DNA of 63,970 nt, counting the filler, from Licmophora abbreviata (taxonomy: Eukaryota): the NCBI GenBank assembly GCA_900291995.1. It is 18 parts of 18 records of this genome, joined end to end, with 100 filler letters (N's around TTAATTAATTAA, not from the genome) between each part and the next. Parts side by side here need not be neighbours in the genome. Positions count along the whole stretch, not along the records: positions 8,149 to 17,968 come from OLMU01006142.1; positions 18,069 to 19,740 come from OLMU01006144.1; positions 19,841 to 24,447 come from OLMU01006145.1; 15 more parts are not named here. One strand, written 5' to 3'. The notes beneath the pieces were generated by a model that worked only from the letters and a program-made list of their open reading frames with translations, had not been told where the DNA came from and did no database searches. A program made the translations under genes and the position numbers. Of the stretch, positions 10,449 through 20,993 are shown in pieces; the first letter of the stretch is position 1, and every line of letters starts with the position of its first letter.

Positions 10449-13400
10449 ATGATGATTCGCAACAACAACAACAACAACAACAAGAACAAAACAACGAAGA
10501 AACGACGACCCTGGCTGCGCTTGCCGCGGCTTGCCAGGCGCCCTGCATCATCCACAACAGACAAGAAGCGTGCTGTTGCGTCTCCCGTGAGTGTCGTGGA
10601 CGACGACGATTCCTCCTCCTTCTTTGGACAAACGTACTATTATACTGAGAATCACGCAGCAACAGACAACACTCCTCAGTATAGTGTTGGAACTACAAGT
10701 CCGGTGGCCGCATCACCGACCGATTCCTTCCATGACATACTGCCGCTGGAGAATGAGTATTTTTATGACGACCTTTCCTTGGAGAACCATCTCTCGCAGG
10801 AAGACCTTGTCCAGCCACTTTGTCCAGTTTTGGAGGCGAACATGGAAGATAGTGGAACGAAAGAGGTGGCGAGATCATCGCCGTCCCCAAAAGTTTCTGT
10901 TCTCACCAGCGACATGGAGAGCAAAGAGAATGCCATTCCATCCAATACCATACAGACGACAAAGACGCCTTCGAACGGATCCACCATCAAATATTCCGTT
11001 CCTGCACCTGTTGCAGCTACACTGACAGAGGCTGACTTTACGACTGGGCAGGCTGTTGTTGTGGTCTCCAAACAAGCAGGCTCTGCCAAGATGGGAAGAA
11101 TTTCGAAACGCGTGCGGAAAGGAACCTTTCGGATTCGTCTAGATACGGGCGGGACAGTCAACAAGCGGTGGACGAGTCTGCGTCCGATGAGCGAGGCATC
11201 GCTGTACGACAAGAATAATCATGACGCTAGCGATGTTCCAATGATTGCGACAACAAGCCCTTCGTCGCCACAGGTGCAGCTGGAATTGAAGAACAAGAGC
11301 CCCTCGGGGGCTCGTCAAGATGATTTTTGCGACGGCCAAGAGGTCATCATTACCACCAAGGACTATTCTGGACAGGTGGGAATCATTGTTGGGCGCATCA
11401 AGAAAGGTACCTACAAGGTTGAGGTTGAGGGCGGTGGTGGGACGACAAACAAGAGATGGACAAGCCTACAGCATCACGTGAGCAACATGTCGAGGATGAC
11501 GAGTGACAACAATAAGGTTATGTCCACCGCCAGCAAATCACCTACGGATGGTATTGTGGAGGAATCTCGGTTGAAGAATAGCGACAACGCGTCGACGCAC
11601 GAGACCCGAGACAGTCTGTTGGTGCCCAGTCCGGTCAATATTCGGGAATCGTCAATCAGAGGCCATGCACAAATGTCAACTAGCGACACTGCATCTGAGA
11701 CGACCGTTTCTGTTGGTGCAACGGTGAGAATCGTCGGGGGTTCATGCAAGAATGAGATTGGTCGTGTTGTTGGCCTCAAGGGAAAAAAGACGTTCGTCGT
11801 GGAGCTCTCTGGGGGGGATACAGTAAACAAGCGGGCCAACAGTATCCAACCGATCGGCGGTGACACTTTATCTTCCTCGAGTGCTTCCACTGCGGGAGAA
11901 GCATGGCGAGTCGAAGATGCAGATCGAGGTGGTACTAGATTTGGATCTCGCGTGATTGAGAAGATTCGTTTCCGCAACGACAAGAAAGCTCCAAAGGACC
12001 GATGCTTCCTGAACCACATCCTTGGTGAGCGTTTTCTTCTGATCGAAGAGCCTCTGGATGGCAGAGGAGACAATGAGCCATTCGCCACACAGGTCGAAGA
12101 GTGTGGATGTACCTATGAGCTCGTCTCTGCGAAGGTTCAAAGTGACACGGATGCTCAAGCCGGAGCTTACCACGCATCGAAATGTGTTCATCTTACCTAT
12201 GCGAAGGCGAGAGGGCCCCGTCTGGAGACGCTTGACATGAAAAGTATGCTCTTGAAGATTGCTGATTTCGGAAGCCTCAACCCACGCAAAGTCATGGCGC
12301 GTTTGGAACTACTACAGAGTCCGGCGTTCTCGTTTCCGGGGACGAAAGAGACTGGTATGTTCTTTCAAAAGCCGTCCGACTTTAATTACATTCCAGACAA
12401 AGGATACGTAGGTTGCGGCTTTGTTGAAGAGGGCTTCCTGATGAACCTCGCCAAGAGTCGCGGTATGGGGCAAACAGCTGCGAGTCGGTTGCTGGGAATC
12501 CAAGTGCGCTTGTTTCTCCCTTCGATGGGCATTTTCAAAGGGATGCTCTGTCGCAAGCGCATCGCGTCAGGACCACCCGTTCAACTGTGCGATTCCATGC
12601 TTAAAGTTGGCCCTTCTAAGTACCCAGACCTTGCAGAGCAAGCATGTCTACTGGTGACTAAGAATGGTTTCCATTCCAACAGCAAGATAAATGGATACAT
12701 TAGTCAGATGCTCGATCCAGAAGCCAAGGATCCTCCCAAGAAGTCGTTTACTCATGCAATCAAGCCTCTAAGCGACATGATTCTCCGTTTGTGGCGGGGC
12801 TCAGGCGTTCCGAAGGAGGTGTGCGACCTTTACGCAAAGAAAAGTGTCAAACCACTGCACTTGAGTCACGCGTGGATTGTTGGACTTGCGGATCCTACAG
12901 GATTGTTGCCCGACGGACACGTCTTCGTCACAGGCTTGAAAGGATTGCGTGCTACCCAGGAAGACATTTTTGTGACGCGCTCCCCATGTGTGAAGCCTAG
13001 CGACGGAAAAGTTCTCCCGTGTGTCACCAGCAAGCCCATAGACATGTCAGACGACGAATGGGAATGGCTCAATGGTCTTCCCTTCGGGGGTATCATCTTT
13101 GCCAACCCCAAGGAAGCAATGGCGTCAATGCCGGAACGTATCGCTGACGGCGACCTCGACGGAGATCTCTACTTTGTCTGCTGGAACGATCAGATTCTCC
13201 AGCACATTCAAAAAGTGCCGATGGAAGACATTCCTGCAGAGAACGACCCCAGTTCCATGGACGAGAATCTGGGTTGGTTCGAAGACGCCCAGAAACTCAT
13301 GACCAATTCGTCGGCTGTGCAAGAGATGAGCACCCTGACAGGAAAGCTGTACACTGCATCGAACAAAGTTGCCGACGAATCAGCTCTCTTCAACAACGAC

Positions 13401-13547
13401 CCTGACGCGATAGCCTTCGGCAACGCCTACAAACAGGCACTCGAGTTTGGAAAGCATGGCGGAACCATCACTCTCCCGGCGCATTTGCACAAGAAGCTCC
13501 CTCCACGTCTTCGAAAGCTTGTTGCGGCACCACAGAGTGAGGGCTAA
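10449..13547 (+). CDS. RDR: Cellular (RNAi-type) RNA-dependent RNA polymerase with three N-terminal KOW/SH3-like repeats
   Basis: Ordered RdRP motifs K..ARL, GCGF, QVR..G.FKGML, SMLK, GLADPTG.L..G.VFV, VTRSPC..P.D and catalytic GDLDGDLYFVCWN (DLDGD at 13152-13166). Confidence 0.88.
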   Translation: MMIRNNNNNNNKNKTTKKRRPWLRLPRLARRPASSTTDKKRAVASPVSVVDDDDSSSFFGQTYYYTENHAATDNTPQYSVGTTSPVAASPTDSFHDILPLENEYFYDDLSLENHLSQEDLVQPLCPVLEANMEDSGTKEVARSSPSPKVSVLTSDMESKENAIPSNTIQTTKTPSNGSTIKYSVPAPVAATLTEADFTTGQAVVVVSKQAGSAKMGRISKRVRKGTFRIRLDTGGTVNKRWTSLRPMSEASLYDKNNHDASDVPMIATTSPSSPQVQLELKNKSPSGARQDDFCDGQEVIITTKDYSGQVGIIVGRIKKGTYKVEVEGGGGTTNKRWTSLQHHVSNMSRMTSDNNKVMSTASKSPTDGIVEESRLKNSDNASTHETRDSLLVPSPVNIRESSIRGHAQMSTSDTASETTVSVGATVRIVGGSCKNEIGRVVGLKGKKTFVVELSGGDTVNKRANSIQPIGGDTLSSSSASTAGEAWRVEDADRGGTRFGSRVIEKIRFRNDKKAPKDRCFLNHILGERFLLIEEPLDGRGDNEPFATQVEECGCTYELVSAKVQSDTDAQAGAYHASKCVHLTYAKARGPRLETLDMKSMLLKIADFGSLNPRKVMARLELLQSPAFSFPGTKETGMFFQKPSDFNYIPDKGYVGCGFVEEGFLMNLAKSRGMGQTAASRLLGIQVRLFLPSMGIFKGMLCRKRIASGPPVQLCDSMLKVGPSKYPDLAEQACLLVTKNGFHSNSKINGYISQMLDPEAKDPPKKSFTHAIKPLSDMILRLWRGSGVPKEVCDLYAKKSVKPLHLSHAWIVGLADPTGLLPDGHVFVTGLKGLRATQEDIFVTRSPCVKPSDGKVLPCVTSKPIDMSDDEWEWLNGLPFGGIIFANPKEAMASMPERIADGDLDGDLYFVCWNDQILQHIQKVPMEDIPAENDPSSMDENLGWFEDAQKLMTNSSAVQEMSTLTGKLYTASNKVADESALFNNDPDAIAFGNAYKQALEFGKHGGTITLPAHLHKKLPPRLRKLVAAPQSEG

Positions 13548-13867
13548 CATGTAGTGCTAGAGTGAGACGAAGCACCAGCAGATTGGATCTGCTGGTTCAA
13601 AGACCTGCGGAAGGGGTACGCGTAAACTAAGATGTATGTTTGTTTTTTACGTGTATTCACGACTCCTTCCTTGCTCTCTAGTAATGAGAATACGCCACAA
13701 TCGTCCCTCCGGCGATAGACATGTTACATTGAGTGCCTCTACGTTCACTGGCAATCCACATTCGAAATCATGTATGACGAGCGCGCTTAAGTGCCTGCTC
13801 CGTCGCATGATTGTATTCCTCCTCTAATCGTGAAATTGACTCACCCATGGTTTGTTGTTCCCATTTT

Positions 13868-15014
13868 TTACCCGGGCACAGTCATGGTGCACTGACCGCA
13901 TTCGGCAGTCGTAGTTACATTGTAATTACACCACTCGTCAGGTTCCGGGCACCACCACATAGTGGGACACAACGTGGTCGGAGCACAGGGGATGCTGCAG
14001 TACAATTCAGTGGTCGTGGCGGGGATGCCGGCGGCGACATCGCCGTTCGGGTAAATATTACCGACTTCGCAGTTGGGAACGTAGTTTGCCAAATTGCATT
14101 TGATGGAAAAGAGTCCCGTGAGGACTCCTCCGCGTTGTGCCATGAGGACCAAGGACATGTACTCATTGAAAAAGCCGTCGTTCGAATAGATGGGACTGCC
14201 CTGGAGCCAAGAAAACGTCTGGTAGGTTGGATTCTCACTGTACAAAAGAAAAAGAGAGGTTGTCAGTTTAGAAAGCAGAGTGATCGTTCCTTCAAGCGCA
14301 AAGTATGTAATAATCGACGTACCAATGCTCAATGATAAAGTACGAGTGTCCTGTCCTTTGGCACCAGTCGCTTTGCGGAACAACGTTGGCCGCTGCAAAA
14401 TCCAGGTTGGGAGGGACATTTGAGCAGAGTAGATCCAGTAACTTGACGACCGACGTCTTTGTCACGCTCGACAGCTTGGTCGACAACCTTCGTCCACCCT
14501 CATCCGTAGGAGTCGCCGACAGATCCTCCTCCAGCATCACGGAGAGGGTCTGCGGCGTGACGGCAAGGCGCTCTCCCGTATTCTTGTCCACGAACTGACC
14601 CGATTCCACTCGCGTGTCCTTGGCCAGGGTGGCAGCTGCAAATGCCGTGCCAATGTTCGCCAGCGACAACAAGACGGCAAAGACGGAGAGGGCAATGATG
14701 ATTCTTCGGTTCGTGACGTTCTTGGCCTGCGCGTCGTGGAGTTCGCGAAACATGCGGACGGCCTTGTTGGTGTCGAGGTATCCCAGGTTTTGCGAATCCA
14801 TGTTTCGGAGGGCTCTTTCTTCTTCATCGAGAAAGCCCTTGTCGCCTCGATCGTAAGCTTTGGAAATTGTGGAGAGCTTGCGATTGGGAGAACGGGGGAT
14901 GATGTCGATACTGTCTTCATCGTCGTCCAGGTTTCCCTGTCCACCGGCCGCAATGGCCTCGTGTAGCTCCTCTTGTGTCTTGCTTGCGTCGTTGCTTTCG
15001 ATATCGGGTGACAT
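13868..15014 (-). CDS. EF-hand pair, transmembrane helix and Cys-rich C-terminal domain; intron 14238-14322
   Basis: DRGDKGFLDEEE and DSQNLGYLDTNK loops, TM IIIALSVFAVLLSLANIGTAFAAA, and GGRRL motif. A GT-AG intron joins the two ORFs in frame (..EHC/ENPTY..). Confidence 0.7.
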
Positions 15015-15637
15015 GGTGGTGATGGTGAGTACTGTGATATCTCTCTTTGTCTTTCGAGTTCGATTGAATGATCGGCGTCAGACTCCAACTTTTGTTTGTG
15101 TCTTGTTTACTCATTCATTGGCACTCGCATCAAATTGAAAAAAAGAAATACGGCACTGGCGCTTCGCAAAGCCGTTGGATGCCAAGACTGGAATCGCGGC
15201 AGAAAAGCGCGCGCCTCCACGGTTCCACGACTAATGACGTCACGAGATGTGACTGAAAACAAGTCTGCACTGACAAACATCGGGACTGCTAATGGTGCAA
15301 CCATCATTGCAATCCTGCCACAGCCGCGTTTGTACGAAAGACGAGAAAAGCGGAGAAGTCTCCTGTGAAACAAGGGGGAGGAGGAGGAGTACGACGAAGG
15401 TGATTGAAAGCCCAGGAGTCGACTGCTCCGAAGTTTCGTGAGTGGTCGTGGATGGTTAGTACACAGACCGACGGTACGATCGTCGTGAGTAGTTCGATGG
15501 ATGGAATGAATGCTAAAAAACAAGGAGTAGAACATATCGTAAGCATTCCTCTGGTTCAAGAATCGAAGAGATCAACGACGGTTGCTTCGACAAGAAGCGC
15601 ATCAGTAAAATCAACGTATGCTAAAGAACTATTGTAG

Positions 15638-16747
15638 CTAGCAATTGTCATCATGATAGACCCATCCCTTTTGATACTGTCCAGGCTTTTCTTGCGAATG
15701 CCGTGCATTGTCCATGGGCAACGATTTAGTTTGTGCACTGCTCAGTATTGACAAGATACTCACGGCAATGCTCTGTGCCGTCATGCTGGGTCGCCATCCG
15801 TCTCCAAGTAGACTTAAACAGATATCACCATTCGTGTAGACGTGTTCGTGCTGAGGCGGGGGTGCCAAGAAATAGACTGACGGTGGTACAGTAGGATAGG
15901 AAGCGGGAAACTGAACTCGCAACTTGTAGGTTTCGCCTTCGTACACGGTACCCTTGGCGCCCGTCAGTGTAATGATCCAAATCCGGATGTTGCTACCCAC
16001 CTTGACAGCCAGATTGGGCGGCGGGGACTTGATGAACTCTTTCAGTTCCCGCTGAATACGATAATTGGCATGTTTCGACGTGAGAGGCTTGTTCAAGTGT
16101 TTCGCGGTCGCCTGGGTGGGCTTCGAGGACTTTGCGACAGACTTCTTTTTTGTAGGAGATACATCGTCAGACTTGGCCTTTGCTTTCGTTTCAGCTTTGT
16201 CTATTACTGCTTTCTTTTTCTGTGTTTTCGACTCTGCCGACGAACCTCTCTTTGACTTTTTCTTTTTCTTTGGCTTTTCTATTGGCAGCAGTCGTACCCC
16301 GGTAATGCTCTCGAGTGTCTTGAGAAAGCTACGCGCCACTCGCGCCACAGTTGGAGATTTGCGCTCGCTCATGTCAAGTAAGGAGCGAAGAATATTCCGA
16401 AGTTTGGACACCAGGAATGAACTCTCCTGAAGATCCTCGTCATCCTCGATGGATATGGCTTTGCTCGAATACGTAGCACCACCTCGTAACACAATCAAGA
16501 GGTCGTCATTAGTAGAATGGCGATGAGTCTTGGACGCATCCGCGTGCCGTCGTCGTGGCGAGGATGAGACGGCAGGGGATTTCCGTGACTTGGATTTCTG
16601 GAGCTTTCGATGAAGCGACGTACTGGGGCGACTGGATGCTCTTCCGTATACCCCCGGACAGCTCAGCATCAGTATCAAGAGTGACCCGACTGTCGTCATC
16701 ACCAAAGTTTGACGCCAACGCACTACAGGGTGCGGCGAAATTGTCAT
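15638..16747 (-). CDS. UBE2W: Ubiquitin-conjugating enzyme E2, UBE2W-like, with long N-terminal extension
   Basis: RIQRELKEF, GTVYEGETY.L..FP..YP..PP, and HEHVYTNGDICLSLL.DGW.P. The HxH-for-HPN change and NGxICL are UBE2W-type. Confidence 0.8.
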   Translation of the reverse strand: MTISPHPVVRWRQTLVMTTVGSLLILMLSCPGVYGRASSRPSTSLHRKLQKSKSRKSPAVSSSPRRRHADASKTHRHSTNDDLLIVLRGGATYSSKAISIEDDEDLQESSFLVSKLRNILRSLLDMSERKSPTVARVARSFLKTLESITGVRLLPIEKPKKKKKSKRGSSAESKTQKKKAVIDKAETKAKAKSDDVSPTKKKSVAKSSKPTQATAKHLNKPLTSKHANYRIQRELKEFIKSPPPNLAVKVGSNIRIWIITLTGAKGTVYEGETYKLRVQFPASYPTVPPSVYFLAPPPQHEHVYTNGDICLSLLGDGWRPSMTAQSIAVSILSILSSAQTKSLPMDNARHSQEKPGQYQKGWVYHDDNC

Positions 16748-17502
16748 GTTTTCGAATCCAGTGAGCCACCGAGCTGTTTGGCTTCTCTACGACCAACCAA
16801 ACGACAATGGGAGTCCAAAAAAGGGGCTCCAGGTTGAGATAACAAGGAAGACAGGAGGAAACGGGGCACAGCAGCGATGATGTGATATTTTGATGGCACT
16901 TCATGCGTCTCGTGTTTCCGCGTTTCCCGCCAGAAGCCACGTGGAGGCACGCTCGAGCTCTCACATGACTTCATCACAGCCGATAGCTCGCCGATGCCAT
17001 CGCCGAAGTTGTTGGAACATGGACGATTGATTCGGCACGTGCGTCAGTTTAAATAAGCTATACTTTGCTGCTTAGCTGGAACTATGTATTACGCCACACG
17101 ACTAGGAGAGTAAGTCATTGTGCAACTGTCGCTTCATAAAATCATACGCGATTGCAAGCCCTAAGTAGTTTCCTGTGCCTCATTGCATGGTTTGAGTCGT
17201 CTCTTCATGGCAAGTGCTTGTGGTCCATAATCATGCTTTGTTGCGTCTCCGGCGTCGCACAGAAAAACGTATATCTCTCGTACTTGCAAGGTGTGCTCAA
17301 ATGAAGTCAGCGCCAGTCTCTGTGTCAGCCCATATCCACGGCCAAAGGACTACTCAGAAATGGGAAAGTTGTCCGGAAGATCGGTCGTATGCGTGCACCG
17401 CATCGACTTCGTTGCCTTTGAAGTGGCTTTCTGAGAGGGAACTAACATAACAAAGTTCAACAAATCAAAGCAAAACAGTGTTAGCAGCGATTTTTTTACC
17501 AA

Positions 17503-17802
17503 TCACACGATTACTTCCCATTGACTCTCCTTCATTGTTTCTATTATTCGCCATCGCTCCATACCATCTTTCTTTGAAATTGCCTTGCCCATTACATAAA
17601 GAGGATCGTTCGGGAGTCCCCATCCATACCGATATCTCACGTAATACCGTTTCGACACGCGTTGTACTTCGCTCGTGCTCTTCTTATTTGTGTTTCGTCG
17701 CTTGCCTGCTCCTGCCGGCGCGGCCGCATTCGGGTTTGTCGCGACCGCTATCGTGATCAGGAGCAGGAACGCAAGGCAAAGAGCTATAAAGGAGCGGAGC
17801 AT
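17503..17802 (-). CDS. Small basic secreted hypothetical protein (99 aa)
   Basis: Clear signal peptide MLRSFIALCLAFLLLITIAVA followed by a K/R-rich, aromatic domain. Confidence 0.5.
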   Translation of the reverse strand: MLRSFIALCLAFLLLITIAVATNPNAAAPAGAGKRRNTNKKSTSEVQRVSKRYYVRYRYGWGLPNDPLYVMGKAISKKDGMERWRIIETMKESQWEVIV

Positions 17803-18068
17803 GGTGAGTAGTGTGAGAGGGTCGAACGTTGGAAGGAGTCGTGTCGTGACGTTATTTGTTGAAACACGTGCGCTCTCTTGAGAATCATGGGGAACTGTTC
17901 GCATCAAAGAACTTCGGTGTCTCATCGTAATGGAAAACCAAAGACGCTGCAAGTCCCGTGAAAAATGTNNNNNNNNNNNNNNNNNNNNNNNNNNNNNNNN
18001 NNNNNNNNNNNNTTAATTAATTAANNNNNNNNNNNNNNNNNNNNNNNNNNNNNNNNNNNNNNNNNNNN

Positions 18069-19094
18069 GCCGCTGATGCCGCCAAGGAGGCCGCTGCCGA
18101 AGCCAAGAACGCCGCGCAGAGCGACGCCGACTCGAAAGCCGCCGACGCAGCTCAGGCTGCCGCCAACGCAGCACAAAAGGCAGCCGATGCTACGTCTGCT
18201 AAATCCTCCCAGCAAGCCATGGACGCCATATTGAGTGGTGATGGCACTGTCATGAGTGCAGTGCTGACGCAGTGCATTACGAATCCACAATACGAAATCA
18301 ATGCTTCCCATGCGTACCTTTATTTGGACGGAGCCTACTATTACAAGTTGAATCTTACGGCGCCATACATGGACGTGGTGAGGCTAGATCGAGACATTCC
18401 CCAACCTCCGTCGTTTGCGAGTGGCACGGGAGGAGACTTTGTCGACTGGACGTTGGCGTTCATGCTGTTTGGATTGCTTGGGAGTTGTTTTCTCATTACA
18501 TGTCAGCAGATTGGCCTTCCGATTATCCCTCCCATGTTTCGATTTCAAAAGTGGTTCTTTTCACCGCGGCATTATGAAGAGGACGCTTTGGACGCGACGC
18601 GAGGACAGGGTTATGAGCATGCATTTGGAGAAGACGTGATTCCGCTTAGCATGGGAGGCCGACGGCCGCAGCACCAAGAGAAACAGGGCCACCTCATCGT
18701 CCCATCCGACGATCAGGAGGATCTCTTTGAAGAGACGAATGATTATCAAAGTCGCGGTTCTGACAATGGACCAGTGGTGATTGAATTACCGGACGTGGCC
18801 GGGATGCGACGGACTTTCAGCAATACGAGTGCCGAGGAGTCGCATCTCAGTCGACGACGAGAGAGCAATAGCTCATCCCACCACAGTCGTCGAGAAAGCA
18901 GTGGCATGTTGCCAGAAGTACCAGAGCGCTTCTCTCGTGACCCTGATCTGGTGGACCTTCCGCATTTAGTGTCCAAGACCAAGGTTGCCGTTCCCGTGGG
19001 CCAACGTAGTCGCGGGGGCAGTAGTAGCAGCAGTAGCGTCGATGAGGAGGAGGGCGAGCTAGCGTCGAGGAATGGAGGTGGCTATTTCGACTAG
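18069..19094 (+). CDS. Single-pass membrane hypothetical protein, 5' end in gap
   Basis: Open frame from the gap with an Ala-rich helical stretch, a TM (WTLAFMLFGLLGSCFLI) and a Ser-rich cytosolic tail. Confidence 0.65.
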   Translation, partial: AADAAKEAAAEAKNAAQSDADSKAADAAQAAANAAQKAADATSAKSSQQAMDAILSGDGTVMSAVLTQCITNPQYEINASHAYLYLDGAYYYKLNLTAPYMDVVRLDRDIPQPPSFASGTGGDFVDWTLAFMLFGLLGSCFLITCQQIGLPIIPPMFRFQKWFFSPRHYEEDALDATRGQGYEHAFGEDVIPLSMGGRRPQHQEKQGHLIVPSDDQEDLFEETNDYQSRGSDNGPVVIELPDVAGMRRTFSNTSAEESHLSRRRESNSSSHHSRRESSGMLPEVPERFSRDPDLVDLPHLVSKTKVAVPVGQRSRGGSSSSSSVDEEEGELASRNGGGYFD

Positions 19095-19494
19095 GCCCTG
19101 AAAAACTCGCCTGCTTCTGCTAAATACCCATGAAACTACCTAGAGGGGTTAAGAATTATTCTTTAAAGAAATAAAAAAGGAGAAGGCTAGTCACATACTG
19201 ACGTATGATGAATCGTTGCAATCAAGCATACGAATGCGACGGTACCTGGTACCGGTGAACCAACGACTGGTCGAAAATGGAAAATTCGTCCGGGCGACGC
19301 GCGGTAGCGTAGCGTGAAAGCCATTCACAAAATTCAAAATTGAACAAGATACCTCATACCAGCCATCAGTGATCGATACATCGATTCATCATTGCAGAGA
19401 TAGCATTTGTCGACAGAGATTTTCACTTCTGTTTCGCTGCTGCTTGAAAAGTTCGCACGTCTCTGTTTGCCATCGCTAGACCTACTCTGAAAAA

Positions 19495-20495
19495 ATGTGG
19501 GGCAGTCCTGCTAACTTAAACACTGTCCCGTCTGGCGCACTCTTTAACGCTGTTCATTTCGGTCATCTCGAGCAAGTGGACCGATATCTGAGAGACAGGA
19601 CAGTAGATCCGAGTGCCCATGACAATTGGGCGATCCGAGACGCGTCCAAGAAAGGCGACGTTGAGATCGTCAACCGATTGATGGAGGATGCGCGAGTAGA
19701 TCCGAGTGCCCATGACAATCAGGCGATCTATGTCGCGTCCNNNNNNNNNNNNNNNNNNNNNNNNNNNNNNNNNNNNNNNNNNNNTTAATTAATTAANNNN
19801 NNNNNNNNNNNNNNNNNNNNNNNNNNNNNNNNNNNNNNNNGAACCGATTGCTGGAGGATGCGCGAGTAGATCCGAGTGCCAGCAACAATGAGGCGATCAG
19901 TGTCGCGTCCGGGAATGGCCATCTTGAGATCGTCAACCGATTGCTGGAGGATGTGCGAGTAGATCCGAGTGCCAGTGACAATGAGGCGATCAAAAACGCG
20001 TCCAACTATGGCCATCTTGAGGTCGTGAACCGATTGCTGGAGGATGCACGAGTAGATCCGAGTGCCCGTGACAATAGGGCTATCCGTTTAGCAGTCGGGT
20101 TGTTTGGTTTCACGGAGATCGTTGAGGTCCTGATCCAACAACCTCGAGTCTATCAAGTCGAAGCTTTTGGCGACCTCCCGGACCGGATTCGAGATGAGGC
20201 CTTGTCTCTGTTTATGAGCAATCGAATGCCATTTGACTTCGCTTTCGTGCTCTCGCAGGCAGACAATCTCAACAACGCGCAACTTCGAAACGCGTTCCAC
20301 TCTTCCCACGATGAAGCTCGACATTTAGTTTTGACGCTGCTGCAGGATGGTACCTTCTCCGAGCATCTTCCAGAAGATGTTCAGTGCTCGATTGTGTGGA
20401 TGTGCTTTGGTCATGTGTTGTTCCCCTTGTTCCCCTTGCAGGAACGTCGCCTCCGAGTGGGTCGTCTGGTGCACTCGATCAATGGACGACGATGA
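19495..20495 (+). CDS. Ankyrin repeat protein (RVDPSA-type 34-aa repeats), interrupted by gap 19741-19840
   Basis: Near-identical 102-nt repeats encoding LLEDARVDPSA..N.AI..AS..GHLEIVNR on both sides of the gap. Confidence 0.85.
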
Positions 20496-20993
20496 TCTCC
20501 TCCCGACTACTGACGGCTTTGCATATCAGCAAACCTTAGTGGACACATAGTAGCGATGACAACTGTAGTATTGTTATTTTCTGTTGAAAAAGCAAGTTAG
20601 CCGCTCGTAGAATTACGATAGGTCTAGCTGATTTTTCATTTTTCTTTAGGAACCTAGCGTCCGACCGAAAGCGATGTATCATGTATCATACGAGTAGTCA
20701 GTCTAAAGTCGAGTGAGTCGAGTGAGTCAATCGACGACTGAACAAAGGGTGCGCGTTCGCGCGTTCACTGTTCACAGGGTATGTATGATACCAGGCAAGC
20801 AGTCTACACAGATTCACTACTGACTCCTACGTGGAGCGCAGATGCTTGACAATGAAGTGAGTACGTCATCACTGACATTTTGGGACGCTGCCCGAGCCGA
20901 AACAGACTGCGCCTTCCACGCCCCACATTTTTGAAGATTTGGAACGATCTTTCTCTGTTGAGAGAGGCGATCTTTGATTTCTCTGCGTGAACC

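Noticed and set aside
10449..13547. Viral or endogenous-virus RdRP
   Set aside because: The catalytic motif is DLDGD (double-psi barrel, cellular type), not the GDD palm type. No viral genes are adjacent.
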